Assembly: GCA_019828565.1 (NCBI GenBank)
Contig: JAHDYR010000005.1
Location: forward strand, 1,189,842 to 1,253,841
Direction of reading: 5' to 3'
DNA from: Carpediemonas membranifera BICM
Taxonomy: Eukaryota > Protista > Fornicata
Length of the DNA: 64,000 nt
Shown: positions 20,021 through 31,600 of the stretch, one piece after another
How the letters are laid out: each line of letters opens with the position of its first letter
How positions within the stretch are numbered: position 1 is the first letter of the stretch
The notes under the pieces: model-generated
Told to the model about the DNA's origin: nothing
The model's database searches: none
What the model saw: only the letters and a program-made list of their open reading frames with translations
Translations under genes and position numbers: made by a program

Positions 20021-21415
20021 TTACTTCTGGTGCTTTTCCTGCTCTCTCTTCTCCATCAGGTCGTCATACTCGGCCCTCGTCAGCCTCACAGTTGTCATTC
20101 CGGCATCACGGATGTGCTGAAAGGCCTCATCGGGCAGCTTCGGCATCCCGTCCTCGCTGTCGCTGCTGCTGCCCAAGTCTGACTCGCTCTCGTGATAGCG
20201 GCGAAGGCGAATGCGTCTGCTGGGCACCCTGGTCTTCATTGAGTCATAGAGCGGAGCGAGCCCACTTCCATTGGCCCCGCTACGGACACCCTCATCGGTA
20301 TCTCTCTCAGACATATCACACTCAACCTGTTGTGACTGAACAAATGACAGGTTGTCGACGAGGCTATCCTCGGCATCGCTGTCTGAACTCTCCTCATCCT
20401 CCCACTCTCCTTCCAGCATCTCCAACCCGGCCTCATCGTCAGACTCGCCCTCCACCGCGGTCTCCGGCATCTCTGCCTCGCCAGCTGTCTCGTCAAACAG
20501 CGCCTCATCGTCAGACTCCCCCTCCCCCGTGTCGTCCCCCTCGGGCTTACGCTGGTCGTGGAGCTGGACCATCCTAATCCTGAGCTTGTTGTAAAGCCAG
20601 TCATCGAGCATCGGCGGCACCAGGTCGGCAGAGCTTCGGATCTCCGGGTTGAGATCGAGGATCGTTGGGCGCCGCGTGGTCGTTAAGTGACTGGACGCCA
20701 ACTGGCGCCTGAACTGCTCATCGGTCAGGCTGATGCGCTTGTCCTTAATGACCTTACGAACCTTGGTCGGATCCCTGGGCCTGCCAGTCCGTCTTTGTGT
20801 CTCAATCACCCGCTTCTTGAGCTGATTGAGATCGACATGCACAGTGGGCGCATAGCGAAGCTGGTTGACACTGAGCCCGACCTGCTTGAGAGCCTCCGAG
20901 AAGGTGCTCGGCGCTACATGAGACAGTGCGGATGAGGCCTTGGAGAATACTATCCAGGCAGCGAGCTCTTCAGGAAGCTGAAGAGCTCGCTCGCTCACAT
21001 CAATATCGCGGGCTGATGTGGCAGTCATGCCTGTGTGGCTGATGATAAGAGCCAGCGCATTGTAGGGGAAGACTAGTCGGACAATAGCTTCCAATTCGAC
21101 AGGCTCAAACTGCCCAAGCGGCTTGACATTGTCTCTGCCGGAGTTTCGGAATGAGTTGACGGCACTGAGAGTGACAGCAGCGGTTGCCTTGCTCAATGAT
21201 GCAGCAAAACCGGGCACAAGCGATCTAACCTCCTCGGACCGGATCACGGAGAGCGCTTCGTCCTCGGTACTCCCTCGCTCACGTTGTACGAATTGAACGA
21301 ACCGCGAAAGGTTGTTTGCGGCCGCTTTCCGGGAAGATTTCTTGCTGATGGTGCACAACCAAGCATTCTTCACGTCTTGCATGCTTGTTTCCATCTCCCG
21401 CGGGCTTCCTTCCAT
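20021..21415 (-). CDS. Degenerate tyrosine-recombinase-like protein with acidic C-terminal tail
   Basis: Core-binding-like N-terminus (NNLSRFVQF..ATAAVTLSAVNSF); LIISHTGMT at the TGxR position; SVNQLR at the HxLR position; catalytic R and H appear lost. Confidence 0.5.
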   Translation of the reverse strand: MEGSPREMETSMQDVKNAWLCTISKKSSRKAAANNLSRFVQFVQRERGSTEDEALSVIRSEEVRSLVPGFAASLSKATAAVTLSAVNSFRNSGRDNVKPLGQFEPVELEAIVRLVFPYNALALIISHTGMTATSARDIDVSERALQLPEELAAWIVFSKASSALSHVAPSTFSEALKQVGLSVNQLRYAPTVHVDLNQLKKRVIETQRRTGRPRDPTKVRKVIKDKRISLTDEQFRRQLASSHLTTTRRPTILDLNPEIRSSADLVPPMLDDWLYNKLRIRMVQLHDQRKPEGDDTGEGESDDEALFDETAGEAEMPETAVEGESDDEAGLEMLEGEWEDEESSDSDAEDSLVDNLSFVQSQQVECDMSERDTDEGVRSGANGSGLAPLYDSMKTRVPSRRIRLRRYHESESDLGSSSDSEDGMPKLPDEAFQHIRDAGMTTVRLTRAEYDDLMEKREQEKHQK

Positions 21416-21416
21416 C

Positions 21417-21746
21417 GATATACGGATTTCAGACTTTCGTCATGCACAAAAATTCGAATCTCTCCAAATGCCCAAAACAGTGGTCAAACCGTGTTCAGGG
21501 GTACAAAAGAGTGCCATAGGCACGTTCTTGCATTCAAAAATATTCTAGAGGTCGTTCATAAATTCTCAGATGGCCAACAGTACGAAAGTCTGAAATCCAT
21601 TTATCATGAGACCCGACAAATTTGAAATCCATTTATCGGGTGGATACATCACTGTAGAGGGTATTCATGGATATAGGTGCCTTTTCGGTGCCGAGGGGAG
21701 TCAAAATTTGAGGTCGTGCAGGCAGAAAGTCTGAAATCCGTATATC
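21417..21746. promoter_or_regulatory. 330-bp segment bounded by perfect 22-bp inverted repeats, abutting the YR-like start codon
   Basis: GATATACGGATTTCAGACTTTC (21417-21438) vs GAAAGTCTGAAATCCGTATATC (21725-21746); partial copies at 21582-21598 and about 21623. Confidence 0.55.
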
Positions 21747-22651
21747 TCATCACTGCTTATAGATCCTGGCAGACAACGGCCTCTTGGCAACGCCTGAGGT
21801 GTAAGGATTCGCTTGCCTCTGTGTTGTCGCATCAGCTTCGCTGAAAACGGGGGAACTGACCCGCGCATTCGCGCACTTTATGCTCGCAACGAGACCGAAA
21901 TGACGAACTGAAGAATAGGAAGAATACTGGCGGCTTTAACGATACAGGCATGCACTTATCACTAAGAAACATCAGTATGCGGGCGCAGAGCATCATTAAA
22001 GCAACAATTATCTCTAAACAACATCAAGTACCAAAAGTCCATCAGGACGAAACGATATGAACTATAAATGGAGCACAGATCAGTACAGATGATTTGAGAG
22101 TACCAGGCATGGCCAGAATACCGTAATTATCGTCCGTTGATCCACGTGACCTCCATCTTGGTCGGTATCCAGAGAACGCCCGTCAGACGCTTGCAACGGA
22201 ACATTTAGGGGGTGCATCCTGAATGGGGCCAGATTTGAGGGACCCTTGGTCTGACATGCCATGACCGAGTACTCTAGGGGCCTCCACAGTGCGTCCCGAG
22301 GTACGTTAGAGCACCACAGACCTTCCCCCAAAAGCTGACTCCTGGACCCCTTGGCCGGAGTTCGCCCGAAGCGTGCCTCGGCTTGAACTAACGGCAAGAG
22401 AGCATAAAATCAGCCCTTTCGAACCGTGTTTTATGCTCTGCTGCCGTTATAGAATTATTCAAAGGGCCCTCTCTTTGCGCTTTTTTTCTGGTTCGTGGGA
22501 CGAAGTAGGGACGGACAAAAAAAGCACATACGGAAGGTATTGGAGGTACTGAGGCCGCCTAGGTACATAGTTGCCGTGTGGATGGTTTCAGTTTATTACT
22601 TTTGGCACTCTATGTCCATTTTTTTATGCTCTCTTGCTGATAGTGCCGAAC

Positions 22652-24404
22652 ATGGACTTGCTAAAGTGGATTGAGAGCGCTAGCAAGGAACAGTACGATG
22701 CGATATTGGCTGCATACACCAAGGCAACCACCAATCATGCCAAATGTGCTGTCCTTCGCGCGGTTTTGCTGGATGAACGGAAACTGCTCGATCTAGTCAT
22801 CAGGAAGCGTTTGTAGTCATAGCAATGCTTATATAGGAATCAACCTGAACCATATCACCACGAAATTCCGCCTCACGAAGGACGAGAAGGAGGAGCTCCA
22901 TGATAAGTTGAAGAAGCAGTTTATGGCACTCGCCGGACCAAGAAGTTCCAAGAAGCTCGGCGCGCTGGCGAAGTGGGTTGACGACAACCAGGCTGATATC
23001 GTGTATAGCCAGGAGAAGCGCAAGGCGCGTAAGGCCATTATTGAGGCCATTGACGCCGAGGAGAAGGACAAGGGCAAGGGCAAAGCCGAGAGCGCTAAGA
23101 AAGAACCCGTCGACGATGAGAGTGGCGTGGACAGTGGTGAAGAGAGCGGCGTCGACGATTCTGAGTTGTGCGACAGTGAGAGTGAGGTGGACTTTGACAA
23201 CGAGTCCGACGATGAGATTAGAGAACGCGCGATCAAGCGCCGGCGCGAGAGAAAGATCGCCCAGAAGCTCAAGGAGTGGGAGGACAATAACGCTCGCAAC
23301 TACGTCCTGTGGCATAGAGTCCAGAAGGAGGTGCACGGCGAGCTTCGCATTCGCGCCTCTCGAGAGTCAGCTTCGGTTGCTGGGGACAACCACGTCGACG
23401 TCCAGTTCGACAGATACCTTCGCGTATCCAAGCTGCTCGAAATGAAGGACTGGATTCACAAAGACCTCCCATCTCTTCCGATGGAGGCACGAGTGCTCCA
23501 TCACAAGGCGCAGAAGAGAGTACTCGAGCTGGAGGAGACCGTCACGAGGCTGCTGCAAGACGTGGGGTACGCAGCTGACATCTCCATGGGTGCCAGCCCG
23601 ACACCCGCGCCGTTTCGCCGCGACCTACCCCAGTCGGGCACACACCAAGCACGAACGAGTACCCCCCGCCGTACGGGGAAGAGCGACACAATCCACATGA
23701 AGCGCAAGGCCCTCATGACAATCCCTCAGAAGATCGCTGATGTCGATAGCAACTCAGAGGAGTCAGACGAGGAGGAGATGGTGACAGAGGAGAAGAAGCG
23801 CGAGGCACACGAGGAGGTGGTGACAGAGGAGAGGAAGGGTGAGTCACATGAGGAGGACGTGACCAAATGCGACGCCTGCATCCAGACTGAGCCGGAGACT
23901 CAGACTCGCATCACCTCTGAGGCCGCGGTGCAGACGTGCATCAACGCGGAGGCTCTCACGGCTGGCTGTACCGCGATTCATGTCAAGAGTGACGGCAACT
24001 GCGTTGCATATTGTCTCCAAGCCATTGAGTTGGGTGGCAGAGTTGATGGCGACTTCGAAAGGTGGCAGCGTGGCCTCTGCCAGTCAGTGAAGGCCAAGTA
24101 CTGGTCTAAGAAGAATTTCACGGAGCGTAGCCTGACAGATCCGGACTCCGGCTACTATAACTCGAACGCCATCCGAGTCTGGGCGAGGAAACAGAAGCGG
24201 AACATCCTTGTTGTCCAGTCATACGACGGATACAACGGCATGCAAGGCATCTCCGCCATCTTATACCTGTTTGATGGCACCACCATGCTTGCACCCGATG
24301 CAGACTTGTGGGGGTTGACAGATAATTTCGCTATTGTCATCGAAGGCGATCCGGCTCACGCCACGCTGTACCAGAAGAAGTGCGAGGTCGTTGAGATTGA
24401 ATAA
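22652..24404 (+). CDS. Charged/coiled protein with C-terminal OTU-like cysteine protease; 28-nt intron at 22809-22836
   Basis: VKSDGNCVAYCL..GDPAHATL; removing GTTTG..TATAG joins ORFs 22652 and 22908 in frame. Confidence 0.7.
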
Positions 24405-24519
24405 AGATTTGGATATGCCCGTGTAGCCAGCGGTTCATGACCTGCAGCAGACATTTGGACGTACAGCGGGATACCACATCAATTAGGTCACTTGCGGGCT
24501 AAGATTGTCGTTGTCGATC

Positions 24520-24933
24520 GTCATTCACCGGAGGAGCAGGCCAGAGTCACTTGCCATCTGGCGCATCATGAGGAGATATTGGAATGTGATGATGTGTTTA
24601 TTGACTAAATGAGCTGGAATTAGGCGGGTTTGATGTTGCTTACATGTTCTGTGGCATGCCTGATGTCCAAAGATGTATTTTGGCACAGTGATGTTGTTTA
24701 GTGTGCTCATTGCTGACCGCATAGTTATCTGACGTCAATGTGTCGTGTTGATGGCAACAAATCGATGGTAGCTCGCACGTTTGAGGTAGTTGCTTGTTGC
24801 ATCGATGCAACGCACTTTAAGGATTAACCACCTGCACCCCATAGCCGTTTCCTAAGGCCAGATACGGTCCTCTGTAGCGTATATACACGCGTGAATTGGG
24901 ACTAGATGGGACTAGATGCAGTGTTGTGGCATG
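24520..24933 (+). repeat. Direct repeat S2
   Basis: Matches 19474-19887. Confidence 0.93.
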
Positions 24934-25001
24934 ATCTGCAAGATCGACCAGCCCCTGGATCACTTGGGCCTGCCTCCGTGCCCGGCCTGTTGCGATCAAT
25001 G

Positions 25002-26798
25002 ATGGTGATTACTTGCAACGAACGCGATCACCGGAAATTACCTTACCTTACCTTACCTGCAGGTACCATGGGTGTTCGTTTTCGTCTCCAAACGCCATGG
25101 TGTAAGAGCATAAAGTGCATTTTCTGTTTACTGTGCCGTTGGGGATTGATGGCGCTGGCGTAGGGGTGCTGTGTGGGCGCCAGTGATGACGGCGCCAGGG
25201 ATGAGACGCCAGGGATGAGGGAGCCAAGATGAGGGAGCCAAGATGAGGGCGCCAGGGATGAGGGCGCCAGGATGAGGCGCCAGGGATGAGGGCGCCAGGA
25301 TGAGGGCGCCAGGGATGAGACGCCAGGGATGAGGCGCCAGGGATGAGGCGCCAGGGATGAGGCGCCAGGGATGAGGCGCCAGGGATGAGGCGCCAGGATG
25401 AGGCGCCAGGGATGAGGCGCCAGGGATGAGGCGCCAGGGATGAGGCGCCAGGGATGAGGCGCCAGGGATGAGGCGCCAGGGATGAGGCGCCAGGGATGAG
25501 GCGCCAGGGATGAGGCGCCAGGGATGAGGCGCCAGGGATGAGGCGCCAGGGATGAGGCGCCAGGGATGAGGCGCCAGGGATGAGGCGCCAGGGATGAGCG
25601 CCAGGGATGAGGCGCCAGGGATGAGGCGCCAGGGATGAGGCGCCAGGGATGAGGCGCCAGGATGAGGCGCCAGGGATGAGGCGCCAGGGATGAGGCGCCA
25701 GGGATGAGACGCCAGGGATGAGGGCGCCAGGATGAGGCGCCAGGGATGAGGCGCCAGGGATGAGGGCGCCAGGATGAGGCGCCAGGGATGAGGCGCCAGG
25801 AATGAGGAGTACAGTATTAGAACCCCGAAAACACCATAATACCAACACCAATGAGCTTCATCAAAGAAAAGATATGCTCACTGGCGCCGGTTATGGCGTT
25901 TTCGGGGTTCGTCGACCATTCTGCTCCCAAATCTGCACCTGTATTTTCGTGAGCATGCCCGGGAGCTGGGCCAGACGAGTGGTGCCACAGGGACTAAGCT
26001 CCGCTGCTCAGCCTCTGCCAGGCGACACTCGTCTGAATTCTGCACGAAAAAATTCAGACGACGAATGATGGGCAAAGGGCCGCGAAAACGCTGAAGTACC
26101 AGCGCAAGTAGAGCGGTTTGCAATAAAATAGCTTACTTGCGCTGGTGCTGGCGTTTTCGGGGCCCTGAATTGCCCCGGGCGCTCTCCCGGGCTCCTCTCT
26201 CCCGCGCTCTTCTCCCCCGGGCTCCTCTCCCCTGGGCTCCTCTCTCCCGGGCTCCTCTCTCCCGCGCTCTTCTCCCCCGGGCTCTATCCTCCGGGGCTCC
26301 TGTCCCCAGCGCTCTTCTCCCCCGGGCTCTATCCTCCGGGGCTCCTGTCCCCAGCGCTGTTTCCCAGGCGCTCTGCTCTCTCCAGCGTCCTCACTCGTAA
26401 ATGTACGTTGCTGTCTTGTCTGCTTGATCTGATTTCATTTAGTGTGCACTTTAGGGGATAGTTTCATTGCAACGCCAAAATGGCGAGTTCAGGTTGTAGC
26501 AATGATCTGATGCGCGGAATGTACTAGAAAACATTGCAATTACAACGCAAAGCAGCGAAAAGCGGAGAAATCAACATCAATAACAACATCAACACCAAAA
26601 GAACAGTATCCCAAAGAATTGTGGGCGTTGCTGCGCCAAAGAGCAATAAATGACCACAAAGCATTCGCTTATGCACAATTAGCTGCCAGAAAGAACACTA
26701 CACCGTTACTTTGGATCATTCCAGTTCGCCGGAGATGACGCAGGTCCAGAACGCTGCCTTGGAGGGCTGGTGAAGCGGTAGTGTAGCGCTTACTCGCC
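25002..26798 (+). repeat. Long direct repeat copy 2 (VNTR-A2 about 25176-25808, VNTR-B2 about 26173-26385)
   Basis: Matches 16450-19430 with shorter arrays. Confidence 0.9.
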
Positions 26799-27072
26799 AA
26801 GCGGGCGATGGTCTCGACGGGACGGTTGACGGTCTCAAGGTGGCCCTGCTCTTCGACGTACCAGGCGGACATGCCGATGACGGAGCGGCGCTGACCCTGG
26901 CGGACGTTATCCTCGCCCTGGGTGAAGCTGTTCTTGCCGCAGTACACGTCGATACCGATGGTGAGGCAGGGCTGTAGCATGGAGGCCGAGAAACCATAAA
27001 CTGCACGGATCCACAAACGTGGATTGGCCTGAACGACAGCGCTGATGCCCAGACAGTCAGATATACATTCAT

Positions 27073-27896
27073 TTATTCCTGTCTCGCTCTCTTGCCTGTC
27101 GGATCGCGACGCTTGACCCACTCAAATGCCTCATCTGTGAGGTAGACAGACATGCCGCTGTCCTTATCCTTCCGAGTCGAAACCTTCTGTTTCGAAACCT
27201 TCCGAATCAAGGTTCGGCAAGGGTCTTTGGGTCTCGTTGTTGACATGCGACGGCAAGCCCACTCTGAGGTCTCGCATGAGCCCCCCGCACACGATGCAAT
27301 GCCCTGACAGGACAAGCGGGGGGTCATTTGTATCGGCCATATCTGTCTTAAGCTGCTCCACCTGGCTAGGAGTCAGGTTGCGGGCCTTGATCGTACCCCC
27401 GGGTCTTGCCTGTGTCTTCGGGCCTGGGCCTCGGCTCATCCTGGTCTCTGACGTCCGAAGTCGTCATCGTTGCCTGCTCCAAAGTGGTGGGCTCCGGCTG
27501 AGACCTGACGCCTGGCAGCCTGCGCATGGTCTTACGGCCGCCGCTACGCAGCCTCTCAATATCCTTCTCAAGACTGTTGACCTTCGTCGTCAGCGCATGA
27601 TGTTCACTTGTCGCGAACGAGCGACACTGGCGACTTAAGTAGCGCGATGAACGTCTTGCCTGTGTCTTCTGGCCTGGAAGAATAGCCCAAATGACCTCAG
27701 ATGCAGCAAGTTCCATACATTCGATGCTTTCTGGAGTAAAATAGAAGCAAGCTGCCATAATCGCTGCAACAATCTTCCGCAAAAGGTCTCTGTCACGTGT
27801 ATTATCAGCCATCGTACTGTCACACCATTTTGAACTCATCAAATATTGAGCGTACAATATCACGTAAAGGGGGGCGTTTTGGAGGAAATGACGCAC
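27073..27896 (-). pseudogene. Frameshifted gene ending in the shared CxxC-WAC-C-VYLT module
   Basis: CIVCGG/SCETSEWACRRMSTTRPKDPC..VYLTDEAFEW, homologous to the C-terminus of 53659-54588. Confidence 0.6.
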
Positions 27897-28261
27897 AATA
27901 CCGTTGCTTTAGCACTAGTTTGATATTGAAGGTTCACTTTCAAGACTTTTTGCGTGGTCACCTTTGGAAGGTGACAGTGCAACACCCGAAATTTTGTCTA
28001 TACACGTCATATACAAGGTCTAATGCATCTTTGCCAACCACTTTTAGCGTTTGTATGTGTCAGACGATCGAGTTCTGAAGAGCGACTTTGGCCAAGTCAT
28101 GCGACCTTATCCTGCACTGACGATACGAAAACCGATCATAAATATTTATTGAGACATCTGCATGCAGTATTAATGTGTCCAGAGGTGAAGCTAGGTCTAT
28201 AGAGTACGCACACCAACTTTAGAACTGATCCGCGAGATTCGATCAAAATCGATCAAAGAAA

Positions 28262-28313
28262 CTGGAACCAATTCTGGAACCATTTGTTCCAGAAAAGGTA
28301 CCAGAATTGACTG
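28262..28313 (-). repeat. Right TIR (52 bp)
   Basis: Reverse complement of 15334-15385. Confidence 0.93.
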
Positions 28314-28667
28314 CATGGCCTTATGGTTACCCTCCTGTTTGGCTGCTGCGCCCCGATACCTCGCACGTACGTGTATACATGTGCATACGTGCCCCGCCCT
28401 ATGGCTCTGGGTTGTTTCTTATACGTGTGAAGAGTGTGCCGGTTCTGCCGGCTGAATGTTGTCTACGTTCCCAGTATGGGTGAGCGTTTGTGTGTTAGCG
28501 AGATTAGTGTTCGGGGTTGAGTCCCCCTTCCGCGGCTGGGTGCTACCGGGATACGTGGGGCTTGCGTCACCCGCTGATCCCAGGAGCGCTCCGCTTCGGT
28601 TGAGGCGGGGGGTTGGGTCCCAGTTTGACCCTGGTCCCTGAGGTCATAGGATTCTGGGATGGTGTAC

Positions 28668-31600
28668 TTACCCATCTTTCCGGAGGTTCAGAAGGGCACG
28701 TCTGCCGTTCTGCAGTCCCTCTCTGACGGTATGGTCCTCGCTGCGGAGGAGCCAGAGCATTTCCAGGATTGCCCTTGAGTTGTACCACTCCGCCTCCTGC
28801 CCTTGCCTTAGGGCGTGGTACTGTGTGCGTAGATGCGCCTCCGCCAGGATGTCATTCCATCCTTCTGGGCGTTCTACCGCCTTGCATTGGCAGATGATGT
28901 GGCTTTGTGTTCCCAGGGGCTGGTTGTATGCCCATTCTGAGAGGATTTTGGTGGTTTCCGCCGCGGTTCTGGTGACAGTGTACAGGCGAGTAATGGTGTC
29001 ACCTTCTGAGTCCAGGGTACATAGGGGGCAACACCGCTTGATCCTGCTCAGGAGGGCCTGGGGCTGGCCGATCGCGCTCCCAAGTATGGCTCTGCTTCTG
29101 CCACTGTTGCTGGGGGAGGGGAGTGTGTTGGATGCAGTCATGATTACTCTCTTGACTTCCCGTCTGGTTATCATCTCACCCTTGATCATTCCTGGTTTCT
29201 TGGGTCTCTTCCCTTGCTGCATGCTGAGGATGACTTCCGGGGCTAGTACTGTTGCCACCCCTTTGGCCGTTCGGCTCCCGGTGTGCAGTAGTTCTTCTGC
29301 TGTGAGGGTCCAGCCTCCCCTCTTTGCTCTTTCCCTGGCGGGCATCTCCTCCTGTGTGCTCTGGAGGACGCTTCGTCGCCATTGGTAGAGGCGATGTAAG
29401 ACCGATCCTCTCTCCGCTGTCGCCCAGTCCAGATTCCCTAGGGGGGTCGGACGGTCCGGGTCGTGCGCAGACTCATAGAGCCTCACCGCTCTCTGCCCCA
29501 TATCTGCCTCCCAGCACATCCATCCCATTAGTACACGGGCGGCTCCTCCTCCCCCTGGTCCTGTGCCTGCCATTAGGCCGCGCCAGTTGTTCCAGATGGC
29601 TCTTCCCCCTGGCGCTTGGCCCCAGATCTCGATCCCGAACTCGATCTTGGGCCAGAGGAAGGTTCTGAGGATGGATTCCGAGGTGGCGGCCGGGGTGGAT
29701 CCTTTGGTCCACCCTGCTCTCCTTGCCAGGGCTAGGTATTTCCGGGATTGTGACGTCTTCATTTTGATGCATGCTGCCAACGGATTCTTCCCGCTGGCTA
29801 GCCAGAGTCCCAGATACCTTGCTGAGTCTGACGCCAGTGTGGGAGTTCCTTGGATACTGACCGCTGCAGTTACGTCGGTACTTATCACCACACTTTTGCC
29901 TGGGCTGGTCTGGAGTCCATGGGCTTCAATTACCCTGACCACTGCGTCTGTGCCTTCTTCGGCGAGCTGCGGGGTCTCGGCTGAGATGCTTGTATCATCT
30001 ACAAACATTGCAATGAGGCAGTTTTTGGGCCTATCGTCCGTTGGAGGGAGGCAGGGGTCCGGGATCTCTCTATGCCGGAGGTACAGTGCCGCCTGGCTTA
30101 GCCAGTTAGCTGTGAAGAGAATGAACAGAGTGGGGGCCACCACACATCCTTGCTTGACCCCCATGTTTGTTCTGGACCATGTGCTTGCCCCTCGTACCGA
30201 GATGTACGTTTCTGTAAGTGTATTTCGGATGGCCCTCGTCAGTCTTGGGTGTACCCCCATGAGCGTCAACTTGTTCACCAGCAGGTCCCTTGGGACCGTA
30301 TCATATGCTTTTGCTATGTCAAGTAGGACGCTGGTACGGTTTCCGGACTGGTGTAGTTGGGCTAGGAGGGCTATGTGATCCACTACAGTTTTCCCTTTCA
30401 TGAACCCAACTTGCTCTCTGGGGATGAACTTCTCCACCGTCGGCCTGAGGCGCCATTTCAGTATCCTCCCGTAGGCTCTGTATAGGAGGGGGGTGAGGGA
30501 GATCGGTCTGTACGAGCTGGGCGTGAGCTTGTCCTTCCCAACCTTGTGGATAGGCGACACCGCTGCATGCTTCCATGTGGTTGGCATGGTCCCGCTGTCG
30601 TATACTTTCGCGAGCAGGACTGTGATTGCCTCGTACGCTGACTCGGGGAGGTCCCTCAGACAATCTCCAATAATCCCGTCCGGGCCTCCGGCCGAGGACT
30701 TCCTTATGGACTTGACCGCCGCTGTCACTTCTTCAAGCGATGGCGGATGGTCCTCAATGTCCGTTTCCGGCTCGGTTTCCCAGGTGGGTTCCTTCCCGGA
30801 GCTTACCTTCGCGTACTGCTCCTGGAGGGAGTCTGCAATCTCCCTCTGCCTTGCTAGAATCTTGTTTCCAGCCTTCAGCATCACCGGGAGACCGGCGTGC
30901 TGCTTCTCGTTCCAGAAGCGGAACACTTGGTTTGCGAGGATCCTTTTTGTCGTTTTGTACCCATCACGGGATCCAACCTCAACCTGCTCATTCCAGTCAT
31001 GTTGGAAGGTCCTCCATGATCTGCTCAGTGCTCCGTTGAGGGACTTTTTGATATCTTTGGCGGCGGTTTTGCTCCAGGTGGAGGCTTTGGCCAGCCGTTC
31101 CCATACCTCACTAGGGATACGTTCCTGGTTTTCTACAGCGAATGGGTGCCTTCTGGAGGTAGCAAACCCGGTGGACAACCATTTCCTTATGAGAGTCTCC
31201 ATCTCGTCCACTGGTATTTTGCTGTCTAGTGGTGGCCACTCTTCTAGCTTGGGCCCTGTTCTCCTGGGTTTGACCAGCCACGTATCGATCCGTGGGATTT
31301 CCAGTCTCTTTGATATCTCTGGTTTCCCTGTCGGGTTGCTATCCCAGGTGAGCTCTATGGCTTTGTGTGCCGACCCCCAGTGCCCGATTGTGGTCTTGTC
31401 TATTACCCTAACAACCGGGTTTTGGATACCCCCTGTTACCGCTGCATAGTCTATTGTGGACGTTCGGGAGTTAGTCCCGTACGTCGGTGCAGTTGGTGCT
31501 ATTGGGGTGAGGTTCCATCGCTGGAGGGTCATCGCAGTTGCTTGCCTGAGTTTCCCTGGCCTCCTGTTCCAGTCCCCGATGATGATGATGTCACACCCCT

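Larger units (their letters stand above)
15334..28313. mobile_element. 13-kb DNA cargo element with perfect 52-bp TIRs and no recognisable transposase
   Basis: 15334-15385 is the exact reverse complement of 28262-28313; CATG on both flanks. Confidence 0.9.

Noticed and set aside
15334-28313. Polinton/Maverick or virophage
   Set aside because: No protein-primed polB, rve integrase, packaging ATPase or capsid ORF seen; ends and TSD do not fit AG.. termini with a 6-bp TSD.
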